The translations under genes were made by a program, and so were the position numbers. From assembly GCA_016188825.1 (NCBI GenBank), contig JACPHA010000011.1, positions 7,427 to 71,426 of the forward strand: a stretch of DNA of 64,000 nt. The letters are read 5' to 3'. This DNA is from Candidatus Pacearchaeota archaeon. GTDB lineage: Archaea; Nanobdellota; Nanobdellia; Pacearchaeales; GW2011-AR1. The notes under the pieces are model-generated. The model was not told the origin of the DNA. It saw nothing but the letters and a program-made list of their open reading frames with translations, and did no database searches. Below, piece after piece: positions 8,997 to 17,849 of this stretch. Numbering within the stretch: the first letter of the stretch is position 1; each line of letters begins with the position of its first letter.

Positions 8997-10457
8997 ATGA
9001 AAAATAAGGAAAATAAGGGCAGAGATGGGAAGGGAATAACTGCTGAAAAAGACGATTTTTCAAAATGGTTTGCCGAATTAATAATAAAAGCAGAGCTTGC
9101 GGATTATACTGCTGTTTCCGGAACGATTGTTTTTAGGCCAGCCTCTTATGCAATATGGGAGAAAATTAAGGAAGAGATTGACAAGAGATTTAAAAAATTA
9201 GGAATAAAGAATTGTTATTTTCCTTTACTGATTCCTGAAAAGAGTTTTATGAGAGAACAGGAGCATGTTAAGGGATTTAAGCCAGAGGTTGCGTGGGTTA
9301 CGTACGCAGGAGATTCAAAATTAAGCGAGAGGTTTGCCGTGAGGCCTACCTCAGAGGCAATAATGTATGAGTCTTATGCAAAATGGATAAGAAGCTGGAG
9401 GGATTTGCCTTTGAAATTGAATCAGTGGAATAATGTTTTAAGGTGGGAGTTTAAACATCCCGTGCCTTTTTTGAGAACGCGAGAATTTTTATGGAACGAA
9501 GGGCATACTGTTTATGCAACTAAAGAGGATGCGGAAAAGGAAGGGGGGGAGATAATTGGAGTTTATAGTGAAATTTGCAGAGATTATCTTGCTTTGCCCT
9601 CTTTGATTGGGAAAAAATCAGACAAGGAAAAATTCGCAGGAGCAGAGCATACGATATCAATGGAATTTTATATGCCAAATGGGAAATGTGTTCAGGGACC
9701 AGATTTTCATCATGACGGGCAGAATTTTGCTAAGGCGTATGGGATAAAATTTTTGGATAGAGATGGAAAAGAAAAATTTGCCTATCAGAATACTTTTGCG
9801 ATTTCTACAAGAATGCTTGGAGTTATGTTTGCAATTCATTCGGATTCTAGAGGTTTGATTTTGCCACCGCGAGCTGCTCCAAATAAGATTGTGATTGTGC
9901 CTATTTTATTTGATGATTCAAAGGAAAAAGTAGCGGGAAAAGCAAGGGAGATTGAAAAAACATTGAAAGAATTTAGTCCTATTTTAGATATGAGGGAAGA
10001 ATACAAGCCGGGGTTTAAGTTTAATGAGTGGGAAATGAAGGGAATTCCGTTGAGAATTGAAATTGGACCAAAGGAGCTGGATAAGGAGAGTGTTGTGATT
10101 GTTAGAAGGGATAATGGAAAAAAGGAGAATGTAAAGATAAGAAAATTAAAAGAAGAGGTTGATAGAGTTTTGGAAGAGATACAGAAGAATTTATTTGCAA
10201 GAGCTGAAAAATTGCTTAAAGATAATATTGTTAAAGTCAGAAATGTTAATGAATTGAAAAAAGCGGTTGAAAATAAGAAAATTGCTTTTGTGCCTTTGTG
10301 CGATAAAAGAGGCTGTGAAGATAATTTGAAGTTTGAGACAATTGGAGCAAAGGTTCTGAATATTCCTGATGAACAGCCTTGGGGGACTGGGAAAAACAGC
10401 TGTGTGATATGTGGGGAAGAAGCAGAGTATTTTGCGTATGTTGGGAAAAGCTACTAA
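8997..10457 (+). CDS. proS: prolyl-tRNA synthetase, archaeal/eukaryotic type
   Basis: 486 aa with class II motifs (FRPTSE-like AVRPTSE, RTREFLWNEGH). The Cys-containing C-terminal domain ends in Tyr, as in archaeal-type ProRS. Confidence 0.9.
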   Translation: MKNKENKGRDGKGITAEKDDFSKWFAELIIKAELADYTAVSGTIVFRPASYAIWEKIKEEIDKRFKKLGIKNCYFPLLIPEKSFMREQEHVKGFKPEVAWVTYAGDSKLSERFAVRPTSEAIMYESYAKWIRSWRDLPLKLNQWNNVLRWEFKHPVPFLRTREFLWNEGHTVYATKEDAEKEGGEIIGVYSEICRDYLALPSLIGKKSDKEKFAGAEHTISMEFYMPNGKCVQGPDFHHDGQNFAKAYGIKFLDRDGKEKFAYQNTFAISTRMLGVMFAIHSDSRGLILPPRAAPNKIVIVPILFDDSKEKVAGKAREIEKTLKEFSPILDMREEYKPGFKFNEWEMKGIPLRIEIGPKELDKESVVIVRRDNGKKENVKIRKLKEEVDRVLEEIQKNLFARAEKLLKDNIVKVRNVNELKKAVENKKIAFVPLCDKRGCEDNLKFETIGAKVLNIPDEQPWGTGKNSCVICGEEAEYFAYVGKSY

Positions 10458-10610
10458 CTTTTTCAGAGTCCTCGAAAATAAAATTTCTTCGAATATTTGG
10501 GAGAGTTATTAGTGAAGACGTCGAATGACCTATATTTTTTAAGAAATTTAATTACCTATAACAAGACGCCATTTTATTATATTACATATTTTTGATGAAT
10601 TATCAACGAT

Positions 10611-10712
10611 ATTATTAATTATAGTCTAGGACATTAATAATTTTCTGTTTTGTCATAGACTATCAAGGGAAAGTCATAAAATTTTGTTCAATTATTTATG
10701 ACTTTCACTATA
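10611..10712 (-). repeat. palindromic MITE-like repeat, family B copy B4 (inverted relative to the others)
   Basis: ATAGTCTAGGACA-18 nt-GTCATAGACTAT hairpin plus flank. The reverse complement aligns with 39621-39720. Confidence 0.7.
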
Positions 10713-10892
10713 CCTAATTTTATTATTATCGCGCCCTTTTTATTAATAAAAAAGAAAGGCATATTTTTAGGGTTTTTCAAAACTCTCTAGAATTTAAAAT
10801 TTTAAATTCTTAGATTATAATATTCCTTATCATTGCCTATAAATATAGAACACAATAGTAAGATTTTTAAATAGGTGAAAAATCCTTTTCAG

Positions 10893-11282
10893 ATGAGAAA
10901 ATTATTTAGTAGGGGTTTGAGAAAGGGTATTTTGACATTAGGAGTGGTTGCTTCTTCTATAGGTTATGGTTGCTGGAGAAATAATGATGGTAGGGAAGAT
11001 GTTGATAATGGAATTGAGATAGATAATCGTGAGGATTGCGAATCTGCGAATGGAGTTTGGAAAAGATGGGGGTTACTGCCTGTTGAAAGTTGCAATATAA
11101 GGGCAAATGATTTTGGAGAAAGATGTTATAACTCTTCAGAATGCGAGGGTTTGTGTTTGCTTGAGAGATGTCTTGATGATGAGTGCAGAGAAAGTATTGG
11201 AGCATGCTCAGAATTTAGAAGAGTTTATGGGTGTTTTGCAACAAGAGAAGAAGATGGGATTTATCATGTTTGTGTTGATTGA
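10893..11282 (+). CDS. Cys-rich secreted or membrane-anchored small protein
   Basis: N-terminal hydrophobic segment (GILTLGVVASSIGYGC) followed by 10 Cys in ~90 aa. ATG 10893 lies downstream of GTG 10875. Confidence 0.5.
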   Translation: MRKLFSRGLRKGILTLGVVASSIGYGCWRNNDGREDVDNGIEIDNREDCESANGVWKRWGLLPVESCNIRANDFGERCYNSSECEGLCLLERCLDDECRESIGACSEFRRVYGCFATREEDGIYHVCVD

Positions 11283-11292
11283 TTTTTTCTAA

Positions 11293-11313
11293 ATTCGTCC
11301 CCTAGATAACAAC
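11293..11313 (+). repeat. ATTCG-poly(C) motif, copy R3 (one C to T change)
   Basis: ATTCGTCCCCTAGATAACAAC, 11 nt after the stop of 10893-11282. A vestigial ATGAAAAAGATGG start follows at 11358. Confidence 0.6.
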
Positions 11314-11462
11314 TGGATGCATAGAAATTTATAAAAATCAAGAAATCCATGTTAAAAAATGAAAAAGATGGTTTCTAAGGTTAGAATTATTTACGGAAAT
11401 GTTTTGATTGTCTTAATGTTTGTTTTTCTTGGAGTGATTTTTGAGTTTGCGTTTGAGTGAAC

Positions 11463-11756
11463 TTATTTTAATTTCTGCCTTAAATTATGAAGTCTCTTTA
11501 AATATTCTTTGTAGGCTTTGTCGTGCGGACCAATTGTGAGAAGCCAAATTGTATTGCTTTCAACATAGTAGACCAGTCTTATACTTCTAGTTATTTCTTC
11601 TCTATAACAATTTTCTCCTCCGCTTAGATGTTTTAATCTCAAAGGATTTTGTTTTATCTTTTCTTTTTTCTTATAGAATATTTCGATATGCTTTTTGTCT
11701 AGTTTATCTAAATCTCGCAAGAAGTCAGGATGAAGTTTTATTATCCATTCTATCAA
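11463..11756 (-). CDS. RelE/ParE-family toxin
   Basis: 97 aa. The DFLRDLDKLDKK...IKQNP...RLVYYVESNTIWLLTIGPHDKAY pattern is typical of RelE/ParE. It overlaps the upstream antitoxin gene. Confidence 0.75.
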   Translation of the reverse strand: MIEWIIKLHPDFLRDLDKLDKKHIEIFYKKKEKIKQNPLRLKHLSGGENCYREEITRSIRLVYYVESNTIWLLTIGPHDKAYKEYLKRLHNLRQKLK

Positions 11757-11952
11757 TTTTTATACCTCTTATTCTAAGATAATTATCAAGCTCTTCTTCC
11801 GACGTACTAATTGAAGGATTTGTTTTAATATCGACTAGTCTTTTTTTAGCAATCTCATCTTGGTTTAAAAGTGAGGCCACGTCTTCTATAAGTACTTCTA
11901 CATCAAACAATACTTTGTTCAATTTATCTGCCGGGATTGTTATCAATGCCAT
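11725..11952 (-). CDS. antitoxin partner of the RelE/ParE toxin
   Basis: 75-aa ORF immediately upstream of the toxin and overlapping it. Confidence 0.55.
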   Translation of the reverse strand: MALITIPADKLNKVLFDVEVLIEDVASLLNQDEIAKKRLVDIKTNPSISTSEEELDNYLRIRGIKIDRMDNKTSS

Positions 11953-12010
11953 AATTTTTTAGAACAAAACAAGTTTAAATAGTTAATGTTTACTGATTTT
12001 ATTTTTCTGA

Positions 12011-12035
12011 ATTCGCCCCCCCGGTAACATCAAGA
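12011..12035 (+). repeat. ATTCG-poly(C) motif, copy R4
   Basis: ATTCGCCCCCCCGGTAACATCAAGA. The downstream ~55 nt is shared with R2 and R6 and ends in ATGAAAAAGAGGG. Confidence 0.75.
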
Positions 12036-12181
12036 AAACAGAAGAAACAAAAAGCGAGAAAACGATGTTATGGAATGAAAAAGAGGGTTTTGGAAACGGA
12101 TAAAATTCGTTCTGGGTCCTATAAAAACTTGACCTCTATAATAACCAAAAAGTTTAAAAACTTGACCTTTCTAGTCATCAA

Positions 12182-13447
12182 ATGGAAATAGAAGATTTTA
12201 ATCCATGGTGGAAAATAGGAACAATAAGCGAGGAATACAAGAAGCTTAAAAAAAGAAAACTTTTTTATGAAGTAAAAAAATATGTTAAAGACAAACAAAT
12301 AATTGTCGTTACGGGATTAAGAAGAACAGGAAAAACAGTATTGCTTTATCATTTAATAGAGGATTTAATTGAAAAAGAAGTTAAACCTCAAAACGTTACT
12401 TATTTTAATTTTGATCTTTCGATAAAGACTCTTGAAGAAATCTTCGAGAATTACAAAAAAATTAACGATATTGATTACAAAAAAGAAAAGATTTACGTTT
12501 TCTTTGATGAAATACAAAAATTAGATGACTGGCAGAATAAAATAAAGATTTTTTATGACAATTATCAAAATATTAAATTCTTTGTTTCGGGCTCTAGCGG
12601 CCTTTTCATAGAGAAAAAAACAAAAGAAAGTCTTGCAGGAAGAAGTTTTAGTTTCAGGCTTTTTCCATTAAAATTTTTAGAATATTTGGAGTTGAGGGGA
12701 AAGGAGGATATTTCTTATAAACCTCTTTTATTCAAAGAAGAAATAAAAAAAGAAATTGAGCATTATATCAAAAGCGGCGGATTTCCGGAGCTTATTGCAG
12801 AAAAAGACGATGTAAAGATAAAGAGATATGTTAAAGAATTAATAATAGACAAAATTGTTTATATAGATATCCCCAAAGTTTTTGAAATAGATGAGCCGGA
12901 GCTTTTGCAAAGACTTATTTCAATTATATCCTCTTCGCCAGGTTTAACTATCGACTATGATGGCCTTGCTAGTGACTTGGGCAGAAATAGAAAAACAATT
13001 TCTAATTATTTATCTTATCTTGAAAACTCTTTTATTATAAAGAAACTATATAACTTTAGTAAAAATTTACTAACAAGCGAGAAAAAGAAAAAAAGATTTT
13101 ATCCTTCAACAACCGCTCTTTCTTTTTTATTTAATGCAGAAAGAGGCAGGATAATTGAGAACGTTATTTTGCAAAATTCTGAAATTGATTATTTTTATAG
13201 GAAAGGAGATAAAGAAATAGATTTCATTTATAATAAAGACAAGAAAACTTTTTTATTAGAGTCAAAATTCAGAAAGGAATTCAACAAAGAAATAAAACAA
13301 AGCATGCTCTATTTTATGAAAAAATTCAAGACAGATAGTGGTATTATAATAACAGAAGATTATGAGGCAGAAGAAAAAGCAGAATGGTTTGGAAAAAAGG
13401 CAAAAATTAAGTTTGTTCCGTTATGGAAATGGCTGTTGCAATTTTAA
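12182..13447 (+). CDS. COG1373-type AAA+ ATPase (AAA_14 + DUF4143 architecture), paralog 2
   Basis: 421 aa. NPWW, Walker A GLRRTGKTV, Walker B FFDEIQ, C-terminal KFVPLWKWLLQF. Confidence 0.8.
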   Translation: MEIEDFNPWWKIGTISEEYKKLKKRKLFYEVKKYVKDKQIIVVTGLRRTGKTVLLYHLIEDLIEKEVKPQNVTYFNFDLSIKTLEEIFENYKKINDIDYKKEKIYVFFDEIQKLDDWQNKIKIFYDNYQNIKFFVSGSSGLFIEKKTKESLAGRSFSFRLFPLKFLEYLELRGKEDISYKPLLFKEEIKKEIEHYIKSGGFPELIAEKDDVKIKRYVKELIIDKIVYIDIPKVFEIDEPELLQRLISIISSSPGLTIDYDGLASDLGRNRKTISNYLSYLENSFIIKKLYNFSKNLLTSEKKKKRFYPSTTALSFLFNAERGRIIENVILQNSEIDYFYRKGDKEIDFIYNKDKKTFLLESKFRKEFNKEIKQSMLYFMKKFKTDSGIIITEDYEAEEKAEWFGKKAKIKFVPLWKWLLQF

Positions 13448-13475
13448 ATTCGCCCCCACCCTCGAAATAACAAGG
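13448..13475 (+). repeat. ATTCG-poly(C) motif, copy R5
   Basis: ATTCGCCCCCACCCTCGAAATAACAAGG, starting directly after the ATPase stop codon. Confidence 0.75.
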
Positions 13476-13618
13476 CACATAAAAGAATATAAAAACCTCT
13501 GAGAACTTAAATTGTCAAGAGCGACGTAAAGTTAAAGTTGTGTGAACCATATGCAGACTTAGTTACTAAGAGTGAAAGGATAAGAAAGTTTTTTATATAT
13601 TAATTTGTTTATGCAGTT

Positions 13619-13993
13619 ATGAAAGATGAAGCAGGCAAATGGCTAAAACAGGCAAAAGCAGACTTAAGGACAGCCAGAAATAGTCTTAAAAGCAAAGACT
13701 TTTATGCCTCTGTTTTCTGGTCTCAGCAGGCTGTTGAAAAAAGTTTGAAGGCAGTAATTATAGAAAAAATCGGAGAACTTATTAAAATTCATGATTTAGT
13801 CATTTTAGGAAGGAAATCTGCTATTCCTGATAAGCTCTCAATTGATTGCGAGAGACTTTCCAAAATTTATATAGACTCGCGATATGGGGTTATAGACAAT
13901 GAAATTCCTGCTGAGAAATTTGGCAAAAAAGAAGCAGATGAATTTTTGAAAATAGCAAGGAGTATTTTAAAATGGTGCGAAAAAGAGATTTAG
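13619..13993 (+). CDS. HEPN-domain protein
   Basis: 124 aa. WLKQAKADLRTARNSL...FWSQQAVEKSLKA...IHDL... matches the classical HEPN fold pattern. Overlaps the following NTase gene. Confidence 0.75.
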   Translation: MKDEAGKWLKQAKADLRTARNSLKSKDFYASVFWSQQAVEKSLKAVIIEKIGELIKIHDLVILGRKSAIPDKLSIDCERLSKIYIDSRYGVIDNEIPAEKFGKKEADEFLKIARSILKWCEKEI

Positions 13994-14289
13994 AAATTGT
14001 AAGAGAGTTCAAGGAAAAGTTATCAAGAAAAATACCTGTAAAAAAAGTTATTTTATTTGGCAGCCGTGTCAAAGGAGAGATTCATAAATGGAGCGATTTT
14101 GATATTGTCGTTGTCAGCGATAAATTCAGGGGAGAGAAATCCTATCAAAGAGGAATTGGGTTTTACAGCTATTGGAAAGAAGATTATCCTGTTGATTTCT
14201 TATGCTACACGCCGGAAGAGTTTGAGAGATTAAGGAAAAAGATAACCATAGTTAGAGAAGCGGTTAAAGAGGGAATTGTTATTGAATAA
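13972..14289 (+). CDS. nucleotidyltransferase (MNT-type) partner of the HEPN protein
   Basis: 105 aa. LFGSRVKGEIHKWSDFDIVVV carries the GS-x9-11-DxD pol-beta NTase motif. Confidence 0.8.
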   Translation: MVRKRDLEIVREFKEKLSRKIPVKKVILFGSRVKGEIHKWSDFDIVVVSDKFRGEKSYQRGIGFYSYWKEDYPVDFLCYTPEEFERLRKKITIVREAVKEGIVIE

Positions 14290-14312
14290 TAAAGCAGGCG
14301 GTTTTTTCCTAC

Positions 14313-14340
14313 ATTCGCCCCCCCCCCCGATAATGACAAG
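14313..14340 (+). repeat. ATTCG-poly(C) motif, copy R6 (C11 tract)
   Basis: ATTCG + 11 C (14318-14328) + GATAATGACAAG. Confidence 0.75.
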
Positions 14341-14382
14341 AAGAAGAGAAAGAGATATAAAGCTTTTTGACGGTTTAATGGA

Positions 14383-14730
14383 ATGAAAGAAGAGGTTAAT
14401 TATTTTTTTGTGGTTGTTCTGATAGCTTTAGTTGTTTTGGTTTTGCTAGGGAGTTATTTGACAGGGCAGGGGATTTTTGATTTTTTAAGAGAAGGAAGAC
14501 TTTCACCGTTAAGAACAGAATTAGCTTCTCAAGAATTGGATGAAATAAAACAAGCTAAAGAAAAAATAGCAGAAAGTAGTGAACACGATTTCTCTACAAT
14601 GTACAATCTTCTTGGAAAAAATAAGAATAAAAAAGATAAAATATTAAAAATATGCGGCGAGTTTGATCCTATTTATTGCTTAAAAAAGGCTTCACAGCAA
14701 AATCCTGATTTAAGAGGCGAAATTTGTTAA
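14383..14730 (+). CDS. membrane-anchored hypothetical protein (full-length version of 4854-5018)
   Basis: 115 aa. N-terminal TM segment MKEEVNYFFVVVLIALVVLVLLGSY followed by a charged soluble part. Confidence 0.55.
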   Translation: MKEEVNYFFVVVLIALVVLVLLGSYLTGQGIFDFLREGRLSPLRTELASQELDEIKQAKEKIAESSEHDFSTMYNLLGKNKNKKDKILKICGEFDPIYCLKKASQQNPDLRGEIC

Positions 14731-14881
14731 TTATGGGTTAGCTAAAAAAGTAGTTAATGGCGGGTTATAATTAATTAGCATCTATAGACGATAAAATAAC
14801 TGGATTTGTAATTCCATCACCCGCAGGCTTAACAGAACCTTATTCAACAATCTTTTTATATTAGGTTTTTCTTGAGTGTAA

Positions 14882-16213
14882 ATGGCAAACTTGAAATTTG
14901 GACCAGGGGATTATGTAAAGTTAAGACTTGCGCTTGAGGAAATAGAGGGAAGGGTTTTGGAAAGCCCAGATAACGGCGTGATTTTATTAAAATTGAATTC
15001 AGGATATAATATTGGGATTTCTAAGGATAATATTCTCGGGGCGAGAGTTATAAGAAAGTTCAAAGAGGAAAAGGAAAAATTTGAATTACCGCTTACAAAA
15101 AGTTTGCCGAGTCCAAAGAATATGAAATTCTCCGGCCTTGAAAGTTCGACGAAAAGAAAAGACGAACTTCCAAGCATTGGAATGGTTGTGACAGGAGGCA
15201 CAATTGCGAGCAAGGTTGATGCGAAAACCGGGGGCGTAAAACCAGTGGTTGATATTGGTGAATTTGCGAAGTTTTACCCTGAGATGTTTAAGATTGTGAA
15301 TGTGAAAAAAATAGACGAGCCCTTTATGTTGGATTCTTCTCAGATGAACTATGAGCATTGGTTTAAGATTGCAGAGAGTGTTAAGAAAATGCTGGATGAT
15401 AATGAAATTAGTGGTGTTATTGTGACGCATGGAACTGATACTTTGCACTATACTGCAGCGGCTTTGTCGTTTTTCTTAAGGAATTTGAACAAACCTGTTG
15501 TTCTGACATTTAGCCAGAGGAGTGGTGATAGGGCAAGCAGTGATGCGAATTTAAATTTGCATTGCGCTGCACGAGTCGCTATTTCTGATTTAGCAGAGGT
15601 TGTTTTAGTGGGGCACGGAAGCACAAATGATGATTTTTGCTATGCGATGAGAGGAACTAAAGTCAGGAAAATGCATAGCTCGAGAAGAGATGCTTTTAAA
15701 CCTATTAACATAAATCTCATTGCAAAAGTCTGGCCGGATAGAGTAGAATTTATTTCTCAGCATAGAGCAAGAAATAAAGAAAAAGTAGAGTTGGATTTAA
15801 ACTATACAGACAAAGTTGCTTTAGTTAAGTTTTATCCAGGACAGGACCCGTCAATTCTTGATTTCTATGCTTTAAAATATAAAGGGATTGTTATTGAAGG
15901 AGTTGGATTGGGGCATGTTGGAACGAGTGGTGTGCATCATAACTGGATTCCGAAATTAAAAAAGCACGTCAGAAATGGTTTTGTTGTTTGCATGATATCT
16001 CAAACAATTTTTGGCAAGGTAGATGAGTATGTTTATCATGTTGGCAGGGAGTTAAGAGATGCAGGAGTTATATTCTTGGATGACATGCTTTCTGAAACAG
16101 CATGGATAAAGTTAGGATGGGTTCTTGGGCATTATGGCTGGAAGAAAAATATAAAGGAAAAAATGCTTGAAAATTTTGCGGGAGAGATAAATGGGAGACT
16201 TGGGATTGAATAA
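14882..16213 (+). CDS. gatD: Glu-tRNA(Gln) amidotransferase subunit D
   Basis: 443 aa. GatD-specific N-terminal domain (GDYVKL...LKLNSGYNIGI) plus an asparaginase core (VVTGGTIAS, VTHGTDTL). Confidence 0.9.
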   Translation: MANLKFGPGDYVKLRLALEEIEGRVLESPDNGVILLKLNSGYNIGISKDNILGARVIRKFKEEKEKFELPLTKSLPSPKNMKFSGLESSTKRKDELPSIGMVVTGGTIASKVDAKTGGVKPVVDIGEFAKFYPEMFKIVNVKKIDEPFMLDSSQMNYEHWFKIAESVKKMLDDNEISGVIVTHGTDTLHYTAAALSFFLRNLNKPVVLTFSQRSGDRASSDANLNLHCAARVAISDLAEVVLVGHGSTNDDFCYAMRGTKVRKMHSSRRDAFKPININLIAKVWPDRVEFISQHRARNKEKVELDLNYTDKVALVKFYPGQDPSILDFYALKYKGIVIEGVGLGHVGTSGVHHNWIPKLKKHVRNGFVVCMISQTIFGKVDEYVYHVGRELRDAGVIFLDDMLSETAWIKLGWVLGHYGWKKNIKEKMLENFAGEINGRLGIE

Positions 16214-16291
16214 GGAAAGGGAGAAAGGATGTAGTAACTTCATGATGGTCACAATAGAAAGTTTTAAATATGGATATTTATTTAAAAAAGG

Positions 16292-17080
16292 ATGGTAGTT
16301 TCACAAGAATTAGCGGATGAGATAGAAGCCAAAAGGTACAAAATAACTGGGAATCCTGATTATTTTTTAAAGAGATCTAGGATGCTTGAGAGACATCTTA
16401 GGAGAATTTGTGATATATACTCTTTTTGGATTGAGCATCCGGATCTTAGAGGCGAACTTTTGAGGCAACACCATTTGTATGAAGGAGAGCAGTTAAAAGA
16501 AGCAGTTGTTTATGGATTAAATGGTATAAGAAACGCATGGAAATATTTGAGTCAAGCAACTTCCGGACAAAATTTTATCTCTGTTATTGATTCAGATTTG
16601 ATAATTGAAACTGGCAGAAAAGTTTGTCCTTTAGAAAATGAGAAAGGTTTTAGAGAGGACAAAAAAACTTTGAATTTTCCAGATTATACTCCTCCCAATC
16701 CTGCAAAAGTACAAGAATTAGTGGCTAAATTTTGTGATGATTTAAAAAGAAGCGATTTATGGCCCGTTGAAACAGCGGTTCTTACTCATTTGACAATTGC
16801 CGGAATTCAACCATTCAGAGAAGGAAATAAGAGAACCGCGCGCTTATTGCAAGACAGAATCCTTAATGATTATGGACTTCCTCCCGCAGTAATCCCTGCA
16901 GGTGAAAGAAGGGTTTACTTTGCTTTATTAGACAAGGGTTTAGTTGGATTAAAAAATAATGATCTTAGCGCACAGAGACCATTCTTTGATTATATTGCAG
17001 GAAAAGTTAATAGTGCTTTAGATGAAATTCTTGACGATTTGAATCCTTATAAGAATGGTAAGAAAAACAGGAAACACTAA
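16292..17080 (+). CDS. Fic/DOC-family protein with a degenerate active-site motif
   Basis: 262 aa. QPFREGNKRTAR (16808-16843) aligns with the Fic motif HPFx[DE]GNGRxxR. Confidence 0.7.
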   Translation: MVVSQELADEIEAKRYKITGNPDYFLKRSRMLERHLRRICDIYSFWIEHPDLRGELLRQHHLYEGEQLKEAVVYGLNGIRNAWKYLSQATSGQNFISVIDSDLIIETGRKVCPLENEKGFREDKKTLNFPDYTPPNPAKVQELVAKFCDDLKRSDLWPVETAVLTHLTIAGIQPFREGNKRTARLLQDRILNDYGLPPAVIPAGERRVYFALLDKGLVGLKNNDLSAQRPFFDYIAGKVNSALDEILDDLNPYKNGKKNRKH

Positions 17081-17442
17081 AATTCCTCTTCCAAATCTTT
17101 AGTAAGGCCGAGTTTTTTTATCTGATTGATTTCTCCGCCACGGTATTGGTAAACAATGTCTGCTTTGTCGTCGTTGTCTGGCCATGGTTCAATCATGACA
17201 AAGTCTTTTGGGCGGAGCCAGAATTTTCTGCTGAACCTTCCCGGAACACGGCAATTACGAATTTTTTTGTCTGTTGCCTTTACTGACATTCTGCTGCCGC
17301 CGAGCCTTTGCAGAACAACACCTATTAATTGCCCACGACGAGGCATTCTTGCTCTTGTGACCACTTCTTCTACATGGGTTTCTTTAGTTTCATTAACTTT
17401 ATTTTCTTCTTTTATTTCTTTGAAATCTCCGAAGTCTTCCAT
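17077..17442 (-). CDS. eif1a: translation initiation factor aIF-1A
   Basis: 121 aa with an S1-like OB core: GQLIGVVLQRLGGSRMSVKATDKKIRNCRVPGRF...WLRPKDFVMIEPW. Confidence 0.9.
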   Translation of the reverse strand: MEDFGDFKEIKEENKVNETKETHVEEVVTRARMPRRGQLIGVVLQRLGGSRMSVKATDKKIRNCRVPGRFSRKFWLRPKDFVMIEPWPDNDDKADIVYQYRGGEINQIKKLGLTKDLEEEF

Positions 17443-17511
17443 TTTAATTAATTATCAGATAATAAAAAAGGGATTTAAAAATGTTTATGATGTTTTGTTT
17501 AATAATTATAA

Positions 17512-17720
17512 TGAAAGACAAAAGTCTTTTCCTAATACGTCAACGACAATATAAGAATTAAAAAATTCTCAATCCTTCGCTCTTTACAGAGCTGCAGGAA
17601 ACGGAGAAATATAGCAGAAGACAAAATATATTGAGCGGCTTTTTGTTCTTCCGCTAATAATCTAAGACAAATTCTGCTAAATTATCAATGTCTTAGATTA
17701 TATTAATGTTGTTGACTATA
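17512..17720 (+). repeat. palindromic MITE-like repeat, family B copy B1 (longest, composite)
   Basis: The left arm is shared with 31986-32085 and the core with 50051-50148. Outer inverted repeat GTCAACGACAAT / AATGTTGTTGAC. Confidence 0.7.
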
Positions 17721-17849
17721 ATACGAAGGATATTGATAAAATAGTCTATTAACAAAACTTTACAAGATTATACTGCAATATTTTTTACTATTAATTTATC
17801 TTGATTAGAAAAACTCAAGACTTAAATATATTGTTTTATTTTTAATAGA

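Noticed and set aside
11358-11444. Short ORFs starting with ATGAAAAAGA after motif copies R3 (11358-11444) and R4 (12075-12190)
   Set aside because: They share only the first few codons with the 14383 gene, then run into short frames with no hydrophobic segment. One overlaps the ATPase start. They are interpreted as vestigial duplicated gene starts, not genes.
2937-14340. Whether the ATTCG-poly(C) sites are canonical integron attC sites
   Set aside because: I could not find the paired inverted core sites (R'' RYYYAAC ... R' GTTRRRY) or an imperfect palindrome spanning each site. No IntI-like tyrosine recombinase is present in the window. The array is kept as cassette-like, not called an integron.
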